From Alphaproteobacteria bacterium MarineAlpha9_Bin6 (GTDB lineage Bacteria; Pseudomonadota; Alphaproteobacteria; UBA7887): 64,000 nucleotides of DNA. The notes beneath the pieces were generated by a model. That model saw only the letters and a program-made list of their open reading frames with translations. It did not search any database and was not told where the DNA came from. The stretch spans positions 40-64,039 of the forward strand of contig PTKE01000003.1 of the NCBI GenBank assembly GCA_002937585.1, in the 5' to 3' direction. Positions 40,090-49,114 of this stretch are shown here, piece by piece. The position numbers and the translations under genes are program-made. Every line of letters begins with the position of its first letter. The first letter of the stretch is position 1.

Positions 40090-41091
40090 TCAGCTAGAAG
40101 TGTTGAGAAGGTATGACCGTCGGAACCGCAGAGAGGAGGGCGCTATCTGATACTTATTGCGAAAAGACCTAGAGAAATGGGCCGCGGTTGAAAATCCCGT
40201 TGCCAGCAAGATCTCCATGATTGTTAGTGTAGACTGCATCAAAAGCTTGTGAGCCATATCAAGTCTCATATGACGATAGAAAGCCATAGTGCTCTGCCTC
40301 AGATTGTTCCGAAATAGGCGGTTGAGCTGTCGCGAGCTACGGCCTGTGAGCACAGCGAGTTGGCCCAGACCGAGCGGATCAGCCATATGGTTCTCCATCA
40401 TTTCGATGGCTAGGATTACTGCTGGATGGGTTATTCCATATCGTTCCACCAAGCCGGCTCGTTGCGGACCGCCCGATGGCCGGACTTCCGTATGCATGAA
40501 CCAGTCACTTACCTGCCGTGCAAAGGCAGGGCCGTGATGTTCGGTCAGGATCGCGTGCATCATGTCCAGCGGGGCGGTTCCACCAGCACAGGTAATTCTG
40601 TCTCGGTCTATCACATAAAGGCTTCGTTCGATGATCATTGCAGGCGACACCTCGGCCAGCGCTGCAATATGTTCCCAATGTACCGTCATTCGTCGGCCCA
40701 CCATTAGTCCCGCAGAGGCGAGAATCACCGGTCCTCCCGACACACCACCTAGACGAATATTTCGTTGCGAGAGTTGTCTGAGCCAATGAAACACATTCGT
40801 ATCTCGAAATCTTGCAGGATCGCCGCCTGCCACGACCAGTACAAGGTCGAAATCAAAATCCTCCCCCAGATGACCTGTTGCTTCAATAATCGCCCCACTC
40901 GAGCTAACTGCCCGCGCCCCAGTGCCAGGAATGTGCCGGATATTGTAGAGCGTCCTACCCGCGAGAAGATTTGCAGCTCTAAGCACCTCGACCGCCGCGG
41001 AATAGGACATGAGCGCAAAGCCGTCGATTAGAAGGAATCCAACACGGAAGGCTTGTTGTTCCGGAAACGTAAGTTTGTCCATATTGGACAA
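40090..41091 (-). CDS. AraC-family regulator with an N-terminal DJ-1/PfpI (GATase1-like) domain, GlxA/GbdR-like
   Basis: 333 aa. An N-terminal DJ-1/PfpI-like domain and a C-terminal AraC HTH. It is divergent from the sox-like operon. Confidence 0.75.
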   Translation of the reverse strand: MSNMDKLTFPEQQAFRVGFLLIDGFALMSYSAAVEVLRAANLLAGRTLYNIRHIPGTGARAVSSSGAIIEATGHLGEDFDFDLVLVVAGGDPARFRDTNVFHWLRQLSQRNIRLGGVSGGPVILASAGLMVGRRMTVHWEHIAALAEVSPAMIIERSLYVIDRDRITCAGGTAPLDMMHAILTEHHGPAFARQVSDWFMHTEVRPSGGPQRAGLVERYGITHPAVILAIEMMENHMADPLGLGQLAVLTGRSSRQLNRLFRNNLRQSTMAFYRHMRLDMAHKLLMQSTLTIMEILLATGFSTAAHFSRSFRNKYQIAPSSLRFRRSYLLNTSS

Positions 41092-41166
41092 TATTTCGAC
41101 TGTTTAAGGAAAGTCCAGCTGAAATGACTTTGATAACATATGCGTTAAACTTCACAGTCTTGAGAG

Positions 41167-42417
41167 ATGCGCAATTCTGGATTTAAAATCTTAACAGAGG
41201 CGCTGACCGGCAATAAAGGCTGGAAAGCGAATTGGCGTCAACCGACGCCCAAGAGCGCCTACGACGTGATTATAGTCGGTGCAGGTGGGCACGGTCTTGC
41301 CACCGCCTATTATCTTGCAAAAGAATTCGACATCACCAATGTGGCAGTCCTGGAAAAAGGCTGGATTGGTTCGGGGAACGTGGGAAGAAACACCACGATT
41401 ATTCGCTCGAACTACATGCTACCGGGAAACGAGCCTTTTTACGAATGGTCCATGAAACTGTGGGAAGGGCTAGAACAAGATCTCAACTACAATGTGATGG
41501 TTTCGCAACGCGGCATTCTTAACCTGTTCCACAATGACCCCCAGCGCGATACCTTTATTCGGCGCGGCAACGCGATGCGACTTGCAGGTGCAGATGCAGT
41601 CCTCCTCGACCGAGAGGACGTTCAAAAAATGTGCCCGTTCTTTGATTTTAACAGCAGCCGCTTCCCGATCAAAGGCGGACTGCTACAACCACGTGGTGGG
41701 ACCGTGCGCCACGATGCAGTGGCGTGGGGTTATGCGAGAAAAGGCGACGAACTCGGCGTCGACATCCTCCAGAACTGTGAAGTCCAGAGCTTTATGATCG
41801 AAGGCGGGGTTTGCAAGGGAGTGGAAACCACCAAAGGATCGATCAAGGCCAAGAAAGTTGCCGTATGTGTTGCTGGTTCATCCGGCCGAGTAATGGCGAT
41901 GGCGGGAATCCGTGTCCCCATTGAAAGTCACGTGATGCAAGCGTTCGTCTCAGAAGCGCTAAAACCCGTTATTCCAGGTGTCGTTACATTTGGCGCCGGC
42001 CACTTCTACGTGTCCCAATCCGACAAGGGTGGTCTCGTTTTCGGTGGAGATATCGATGGTTACAACAGCTATGCACAGCGCGGCAATCTGCCGGTGGTCG
42101 AGGATGTTTGTGAGGGAGGCATGGCAATTATGCCCATGATCGGGCGGGCGCGGATATTACGCATGTGGGGTGGTACCGTTGACATGTCCATGGACGGTTC
42201 CCCCTTCATCGACAAGACGCACATCGAGGGACTCTATTTCAACGGTGGTTGGTGTTACGGCGGGTTCAAGGCTACGCCGGCAAGTGGTTGGTGTTATGCA
42301 CATCTCCTCGCAAACGAAAAACCGCACGAAGTCGCATCAGAGTTTCGACTCGACCGATTTAGCCGTGGCCACATAATCGACGAGAAAGGAATGGGTGCGC
42401 AGCCAAACTTGCATTGA
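41167..42417 (+). CDS. soxB: sarcosine oxidase / N-methylglutamate dehydrogenase beta subunit
   Basis: 416 aa. FAD GxGxxG (VIIVGAGGHG) and SoxB-like sequence throughout. Confidence 0.8.
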   Translation: MRNSGFKILTEALTGNKGWKANWRQPTPKSAYDVIIVGAGGHGLATAYYLAKEFDITNVAVLEKGWIGSGNVGRNTTIIRSNYMLPGNEPFYEWSMKLWEGLEQDLNYNVMVSQRGILNLFHNDPQRDTFIRRGNAMRLAGADAVLLDREDVQKMCPFFDFNSSRFPIKGGLLQPRGGTVRHDAVAWGYARKGDELGVDILQNCEVQSFMIEGGVCKGVETTKGSIKAKKVAVCVAGSSGRVMAMAGIRVPIESHVMQAFVSEALKPVIPGVVTFGAGHFYVSQSDKGGLVFGGDIDGYNSYAQRGNLPVVEDVCEGGMAIMPMIGRARILRMWGGTVDMSMDGSPFIDKTHIEGLYFNGGWCYGGFKATPASGWCYAHLLANEKPHEVASEFRLDRFSRGHIIDEKGMGAQPNLH

Positions 42418-42718
42418 GGGAAACAAGAACGTGATAATCGACCATCCACTTCTCGGACCTCGTGACGTTTCCGAATTTGTCTACCTCGGAGATGCATCGC
42501 TTATTAACCGCCCGGACTCGCAAAACGAGAACGCCGCCAAACATTTTTACGAATATCTCTATCTGCGAGAGAATCCAGCCGGTGAACACCGAGAACTTTG
42601 GTATCACGAACATGGTGATCGATCCTGGCTAGTTGTCACGCGCGATACATTGACTCACAAAATCACGAGGGTCGAACTCGCCCGAGACACAGCATTAGCC
42701 GCAGGACGGAATAAATGA
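42395..42718 (+). CDS. soxD: sarcosine oxidase delta subunit-like protein (zinc-ligand cysteines absent)
   Basis: SoxD-like. The canonical Cys ligands are replaced (IIDHPLLGP..., HEHGD). The true start may be the GTG at 42431. Confidence 0.65.
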   Translation: MRSQTCIEGNKNVIIDHPLLGPRDVSEFVYLGDASLINRPDSQNENAAKHFYEYLYLRENPAGEHRELWYHEHGDRSWLVVTRDTLTHKITRVELARDTALAAGRNK

Positions 42719-45663
42719 GTCAGATAAACCGGATCAGTGGAGGTTTGATTGACCGCGATAAAACGCTCAATTTTAAATTCGATGGCCGGGTCTTCGAGGG
42801 CCATCCCGGAGACACACTCGCTTCAGCACTACTCGCCAATGGCCAGCGACTGGTTGGTCGGTCCTTCAAATACCACAGACCGCGCGGTATCGTCACAGCC
42901 GGCTCGGAAGAACCAAACGCGCTCGTGCAGCTTCGCCGGGGTGCTCATCAGGAACCAAATACGCGTGCCACCGAGACGGAGCTCTTCGAGGGTTTGGAAG
43001 CCACCAGCCAAAACCACCGCGGATCACTGAAATACGACCTAATGGCAGTAAATGACCTTCTCTCGCCATTTCTTACAGCTGGCTTTTACTACAAGACATT
43101 TATGTGGCCTAAAGGGTTCTGGGAGAAAGTCTACGAACCTGCTATCCGCGCCTCTGCAGGCCTGGGACGTCTTTCCGGAGAGCCGGATCCAGACACGTAC
43201 GATAAGGGTTTCCTGCACTGTGACATCCTGATTATTGGCGGCGGAGCTGCCGGTCTTTCGGCTGCCCTGACGGCGGGTCGCTCAGGTGCCCGTGTCATCC
43301 TTGCAGAAGAAAATTTCCGCATGGGTGGTCGGTTAATCGCAGAAACCCTCGAACTGGGTGGCATGAGTGGAACGGAATGGGTTACCGAGACTCTGGCCGA
43401 ACTCACCGCCATGACCAATCTCCGCTTTATGCCGCGCACAACTGTTTACGGTGCCTTTGATCACGGAATATACGGAACACTGGAGCGGATGACCGACCAT
43501 TTATCCTCGAACGAGCAGAAGCCCCGGCAAGTACTCTGGAGAATTTACTCCAAACGAGCAATCCTCTGTGCCGGAGCAACAGAACGCTTGATCGCATTCG
43601 GAAACAATGATCGTCCTGGAGTAATGCTGGCTGGTGCCACACGTGCATATGTAAATCGATGGGCTGTAACTCCCGGCCAACGGATCGCCATCTTTACCAA
43701 CAACAATGATGGGTGGCGTACCGCAACCGACCTAACTGAAAAGGGCGTGGAGGTTACTGCGGTGGTTGATACCCGTGACGGACCTGCCCGTGTGACTCCG
43801 TCAGGAGCTAGCGTAGTTATGGGCGGACGGATCATCGACACTAAGGGCAGGCACGGTATCCGCTCTTTAACCCTGTCAAACGGGCAAACTATTCCTGCTG
43901 ATTGTCTTGCGGTGTCCGGCGGGTGGAATCCGAATGTGCACTTGACCTGCCATCAAGGCGGCCGTCCAGTCTGGCGGGATGACATCGCGGCATTTACCCC
44001 CGGGGATAATCTTCCGGTTGGCATGACGGTCGCTGGGGCTGCTAACGGTTCGCTGGGGCTGGCGGGAGCACTGGCTGAGGGAGGGAAGGCAGGCAATGTG
44101 GCCACCCAAGATATAGGATATTCCAGGTCAAATTATACCGCTCCGAAGACCGAAGAAGAGGCTGTTGGAATTTCGGCTTTCTGGTATGTAAAAGAAAGTC
44201 GGCAGCGCTCTTGGCTCGATTTACAAAACGACGTAACTATCAAAGATGTGCAACTGGCTTGCCAAGAAGGGTTTAGCGCAGTCGAGCACATGAAACGCTA
44301 TACCACGCTCGGCATGGCCACCGATCAAGGAAAAATGGCTAATGTCCCTGCCCTTGCTGTGCTGGCCGAATGCACCAATAAATCGATTCCCGATACTGGC
44401 ACGACCGTGTTCCGGCCACCGTACAGCCCGGTGTCCATCGGTGCTTTTGCGGGACGGTCACGGGGAAACGATTTTCGCCCCTATCGCCTTACCCCGAGCC
44501 ACGACTGGGCGGTAGAGCAGAGTGCTGTCTTCGTAGAAACCGGCATGTGGTTGCGCGCGCGATGGTTTCCCCAGCCGGGCGAAACGCATTGGCGCCAGCA
44601 CGTAGACCGAGAAGTGTTGCAGACGCGCAAATCTGTCGGAGTCTGCGATGTGACCACTCTTGGCAAGATAGACATTCAGGGTCGTGACGCACCCGCTTTT
44701 CTCAACTCGGTCTATGCTAACGCGTTTGGCAAACTGGCCGTGGGAAAAGTACGCTACGGCCTCATGCTACGCGAGGATGGAATTGCTATGGACGATGGCA
44801 CCACTGCGCGCCTTTCAGAAAAACGCTTCGTGATGACCACCACAACCGCCAATGCGGTCAGTGTTTTCCGGCACCTAGAATTTTGTCGACAGTGCCTCTG
44901 GCCCGGGATGGATGTGCACGTCATTTCGGCGACTGAGCAATTTGCTCAATACTCCGTTGCTGGCCCGAATTCCCGGAGACTTTTAGGAAGGCTGGTCGAT
45001 CCGGAATTTGATATTTCTAACGAAGCCTTTCCCTTCATGGCATGCGCTGAGATCACAGTCTGTGGCGGAACGCCGGCAAGACTTTTCCGCATCTCCTTCT
45101 CGGGAGAACTGGCATATGAAATTGCTGTGCCGACGCGCTATGGCGACGCTCTGATACGCGTACTGATAGCAGCAGGAGAGCCATTCGACGTCGTTCCCTA
45201 TGGCACGGAAGCGCTCAGTGTAATGCGGATAGAAAAAGGTCACCCAGCAGGCGGCGAATTAAACGGCCAAACTACAGCGCACGACCTAGGGATGGGCCGT
45301 TTATTATCGAAGTCTACGGACTACATCGGAAATACACTTCGCCAACGTCCTGGACTCAACTTCGAGGACCGCCCGACGCTCATGGGATTTCGGCCAGTTG
45401 ACCGATCGACAAACCTCACGGCTGGAGCACATATTATCGCTAAGGGAAAGGAAGCGACGATGGAGAACGACGAAGGTTGGATAAGCTCCGTCGCCTCATC
45501 ACCCACCCTTAAATATTCAATCGGGTTGGGTTTCATCAAACGCGGATCAAGACGTCTCGGTGATGTAATCCGAGTGGTCAATCCCTTGAAAGGGGAAGAC
45601 GTAGAAGCCGAAATAGTGTCACCCCATTTTTTCGACCCTGACGGAGAGCGCCTCCGTGTCTGA
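42715..45663 (+). CDS. soxA: sarcosine oxidase / N-methylglutamate dehydrogenase alpha subunit
   Basis: 982 aa with an NAD/FAD Rossmann (ILIIGGGAAGLSAA) and a C-terminal folate-binding GcvT-like domain. Confidence 0.8.
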   Translation: MSQINRISGGLIDRDKTLNFKFDGRVFEGHPGDTLASALLANGQRLVGRSFKYHRPRGIVTAGSEEPNALVQLRRGAHQEPNTRATETELFEGLEATSQNHRGSLKYDLMAVNDLLSPFLTAGFYYKTFMWPKGFWEKVYEPAIRASAGLGRLSGEPDPDTYDKGFLHCDILIIGGGAAGLSAALTAGRSGARVILAEENFRMGGRLIAETLELGGMSGTEWVTETLAELTAMTNLRFMPRTTVYGAFDHGIYGTLERMTDHLSSNEQKPRQVLWRIYSKRAILCAGATERLIAFGNNDRPGVMLAGATRAYVNRWAVTPGQRIAIFTNNNDGWRTATDLTEKGVEVTAVVDTRDGPARVTPSGASVVMGGRIIDTKGRHGIRSLTLSNGQTIPADCLAVSGGWNPNVHLTCHQGGRPVWRDDIAAFTPGDNLPVGMTVAGAANGSLGLAGALAEGGKAGNVATQDIGYSRSNYTAPKTEEEAVGISAFWYVKESRQRSWLDLQNDVTIKDVQLACQEGFSAVEHMKRYTTLGMATDQGKMANVPALAVLAECTNKSIPDTGTTVFRPPYSPVSIGAFAGRSRGNDFRPYRLTPSHDWAVEQSAVFVETGMWLRARWFPQPGETHWRQHVDREVLQTRKSVGVCDVTTLGKIDIQGRDAPAFLNSVYANAFGKLAVGKVRYGLMLREDGIAMDDGTTARLSEKRFVMTTTTANAVSVFRHLEFCRQCLWPGMDVHVISATEQFAQYSVAGPNSRRLLGRLVDPEFDISNEAFPFMACAEITVCGGTPARLFRISFSGELAYEIAVPTRYGDALIRVLIAAGEPFDVVPYGTEALSVMRIEKGHPAGGELNGQTTAHDLGMGRLLSKSTDYIGNTLRQRPGLNFEDRPTLMGFRPVDRSTNLTAGAHIIAKGKEATMENDEGWISSVASSPTLKYSIGLGFIKRGSRRLGDVIRVVNPLKGEDVEAEIVSPHFFDPDGERLRV

Positions 45664-46225
45664 TTTCATGCTCAAGGTCCGGTCACCGCTGGACGGAATT
45701 GAGCTTACATATGGTGACGTGGCTATTAGAGAGATCACAGACCGTGATATCGTCTCAATTGCAATCCCGCTAGGAGGCACGGAAACCCTCTCTAAAGCGG
45801 TGATATCGGCCTATCAGACTGAACTCCCGGCCGTCGGACGATGTGCAAAATCACATGTAGATAATGCTCACTTTTTGGGCATGGCTCCAGACCAATACTT
45901 CATAGTGTTCGACCGCTCAGGATCGGAATCCACGGACAAGATTACAAGCAAATTGGGAAAAACGGGTTACTTTACCGACCAGTCGGACAGCTGGGTGATG
46001 ATGAGAATTGGGGGTCCAAAAAGCCGAACCGCACTCGAACGCATTTGTCCGATCGACCTGCATCCGACGGTCTTTCCTGAAGAAAGTGTGACGCGAACGC
46101 TTATGGAACATCTGAGCACAATCATACTTTCAGAAGGAAATGACCATTATCTTCTGCTATCAGCACGTTCTTCGGCGGGGTCGTTCCTTCAAGTACTCCA
46201 AAAGTCCGTCGAAAACGTTCTATGA
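45656..46225 (+). CDS. soxG: sarcosine oxidase gamma subunit-like
   Basis: 189 aa, overlapping the soxA stop, in the gamma position of the operon. Confidence 0.65.
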   Translation: MSDFMLKVRSPLDGIELTYGDVAIREITDRDIVSIAIPLGGTETLSKAVISAYQTELPAVGRCAKSHVDNAHFLGMAPDQYFIVFDRSGSESTDKITSKLGKTGYFTDQSDSWVMMRIGGPKSRTALERICPIDLHPTVFPEESVTRTLMEHLSTIILSEGNDHYLLLSARSSAGSFLQVLQKSVENVL

Positions 46226-46337
46226 ATTATGCCAGTTGACCAATTTTTGAGAATCCAGGAAGACACAAGAAAAAAGACTGGGCAGCACCTGAGGGATAAA
46301 ATGATGTCTGTGGTTTGTCGAAAACAGGGGTGACATC

Positions 46338-47483
46338 ATGTCATTGATAGGAGACTGGTCGTATCCAACCACAGTTCGTTTCGGCGCCGGAAGAATCCAA
46401 GAATTGGGAGATGCCTGCACTTCCGTTGGAATCAATAAACCACTTCTTGTTACCGATAAAATACTCGCGAATCTGCCTATCACCGAGAAGGTCCTTGGTC
46501 TCCTCGAGAAGGCCGGCTTAGGGAGATCACTATTTGCAGAGGTAAACCCAAATCCCACCGACACCAACCTTGAAGCAGGTATCTACACATTCAAGAAAAG
46601 TGGACATGATGGGATTGTAGCGTTGGGTGGTGGATCTGCTCTTGATTTGGGAAAGCTGATTGCCTTTATGGCTAACCAAACAAGCCCTGTCTGGGATTTT
46701 GAAGATGTCGGCGACAACTGGACCCGAGCTAACGCAGCCCTTATTCCGCCGATAGTCGCTGTTCCCACTACCGCCGGCACCGGTTCCGAAGTCGGACGCG
46801 CCGCCGTAATTATCAACTCCAAAGACCAAGTAAAAAAAATTATTTTCCACCCGAAAGTTTTACCAAGCATCGTGATTTGTGACCCGGAACTGACTGTTGG
46901 AATGCCTCCAGACATCACTGTAGGTACAGGCATGGATGCCTTTACCCATTGCCTGGAGGCTTTTTCGTCTCCGTTCTATCATCCGATGTCCCAAGGCATC
47001 GCCCTGGAAGGGATGCGGTTAGTGACACAACACCTTCCACGTGTGGTCCAGGATGCCAACAATATTGAATCCCGCGCGCATATGATGTCAGCAGCTGCGA
47101 TGGGTGCCGTGGCGTTTCAGAAAGGTCTCGGTGCCGTTCATGCCATTTCGCATCCGGTCGGTGTCCTCTACAACACACATCATGGCATGACCAATGCGGT
47201 GGTAATTCCACCTGTGCTAGAGCTCAACAAGCGTGCCATTGAAGGCAGTATATCAAAAGCAGCTGCTTACCTGGGGATCAAAGGGGGATTCGATGGATTC
47301 TACAATTTTGTCGTGGAGTTCCGACGGACTCTAGGGGTACCCGATAAGCTTCGTGAACTCGGTGTCGGGCGCGATCACGTTGAGCAGATGACAGAGATGG
47401 CTTTGGCGGACCCTAGTGGTCACGGCAATCCGATCCCGTTGAACCGCGATAATGTGATGGGCCTCTTTGAAGCATGTATCTAA
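46338..47483 (+). CDS. iron-containing (group III) alcohol dehydrogenase
   Basis: 381 aa. GGGSxxD (LGGGSALDLGK) and metal-binding His motifs. Confidence 0.8.
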   Translation: MSLIGDWSYPTTVRFGAGRIQELGDACTSVGINKPLLVTDKILANLPITEKVLGLLEKAGLGRSLFAEVNPNPTDTNLEAGIYTFKKSGHDGIVALGGGSALDLGKLIAFMANQTSPVWDFEDVGDNWTRANAALIPPIVAVPTTAGTGSEVGRAAVIINSKDQVKKIIFHPKVLPSIVICDPELTVGMPPDITVGTGMDAFTHCLEAFSSPFYHPMSQGIALEGMRLVTQHLPRVVQDANNIESRAHMMSAAAMGAVAFQKGLGAVHAISHPVGVLYNTHHGMTNAVVIPPVLELNKRAIEGSISKAAAYLGIKGGFDGFYNFVVEFRRTLGVPDKLRELGVGRDHVEQMTEMALADPSGHGNPIPLNRDNVMGLFEACI

Positions 47484-47854
47484 ATACAAGCACCCATTAG
47501 GCAGCCACCGCAGATTCTTACGAGAGTTAGATTCCCAATATTACCGTTTTTGTTCTTTGCCCAGAAATTTACGATTCTGCGAGCTGATCAAGCCTGCGAT
47601 CAACCGTGCCATAACGTGATAAAAAAACATAAAAATATGAGTTTATAAATTGATGTCTGCACCACACAATTACAAACGCGGCTCATGTTGCCATTATCGG
47701 GGGAAAGATCAGGAGAACGCAGCCGACTTCAGGAGAACAGCACTTGGGTTGTTTGGACTTACTTTACGGTAGAAAAATGATTCCGAGATGAATGTAGGTA
47801 CACCAAACAATGTGCATTTATTAATATTTCCCTACTCGAGCAATAAGATACCCT

Positions 47855-48334
47855 CTAGGCGGATGTTTTATCGTCCCATCTTTGGCTTTTATAAGAGCCC
47901 CCATGATCATTCTTTATAGAATGTTTCAGCGCCGTGCATAGGATTGTATGGTCAAATTCCCAATCATCATATCCTTGCTGGATGATTTCAAAATATTTGT
48001 CTGCTGGTTTCCCAAAATCATAGTTGTCGCTCATAACATAAATCATGATCCGGGTGGGGCCACGGTCTAACTGCACATCCAAATATTCCTTAAGGTAAAG
48101 GCAAGGGTAACTCTCGTAACGGTCCAAGGCTCTCTCGCAAGCTTTCGTGATCGCATAAACACCGACGGGGGTTGTATTACCCGGGTCAGTTATTATGTCA
48201 GCCACGCCTTTGAACACCAGCATACGATCGACGAGATATATCGGCCCCACTGGCCGCGCTTCGGGACAACGAATACGCATTTGTTCCTGATTAAGGTTCG
48301 CGCCATAAGCTCCATAGTAAATGGTCTTCATCAA
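47855..48334 (-). CDS. gamma-glutamylcyclotransferase (GGCT/AIG2-like) family protein
   Basis: 159 aa. YYGAYGANL matches the GGCT YGSNL signature. Lower GC than its surroundings. Confidence 0.6.
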   Translation of the reverse strand: MMKTIYYGAYGANLNQEQMRIRCPEARPVGPIYLVDRMLVFKGVADIITDPGNTTPVGVYAITKACERALDRYESYPCLYLKEYLDVQLDRGPTRIMIYVMSDNYDFGKPADKYFEIIQQGYDDWEFDHTILCTALKHSIKNDHGGSYKSQRWDDKTSA

Positions 48335-49114
48335 TCTTACTGCCTTTGTTCAAACTTAGAATCGTAACGGAACCCTTTTGGTATTTGGTGCCACCCAAGC
48401 GACACAAGATACAAGATAAGTGTAAGTGCAGCACGAGTGGCATGCTAACGAATGACCAGCGTCCAAGCTGAGGAACGAGCTATTCGCCACACAAAGCGCG
48501 GCACCTCTGATCTGCCATACATAGGTTGGCTTCGCCTGGGGACGCAAAAAGTAACTCTCCCTCTATTGCTTTGACCCAGTAGAAAAAGACTGTTCATCGA
48601 CAAATGGTTCCGTTACCAGAACACTACTCCCGCAAAAAGTATGGACAAACGTGTGGTATCTTATTCGGTGAAATCCTGCCTCACTTCGACACAAGTGGTC
48701 CCTGTCTTTTTCATGGGGTCCTAACGGATTGTTAATGAGGCACGCATAACCCTGCTCTGGGACGAAGAGTCGTTAACGGGCCCAGATAATGCATTGGCCC
48801 CTGACAGCCATGCAGCAACAATCGGACTGGAACAAGATCATCTCGCTTTGGCTTTCACAATGCCGTGTTGAGTGACGGGTCATTCGATAAAATATTGGAC
48901 ACAACCACGTGACCGACGCATGGTGAATGGAGAAAAGCAGCGAACAAAGGTAAGCTTATTGGCCCTATTCTCACCTCTCCCACAGAAAGTGTACCTTGGA
49001 CGAGGTTTAAGAGAAAAAAAACAAACACCCGAGAATCCGGATTCATCATATTTATCCGTTAGTTACGTGAAATTTCTTATGAATCCTCGTGTGCTAATAT
49101 AGACGGAGGACAAC

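Noticed and set aside
43131-44109. Several 70-100-aa minus-strand ORFs inside the oxidase alpha-subunit gene
   Set aside because: They are shadows of the 982-aa alpha-subunit gene.
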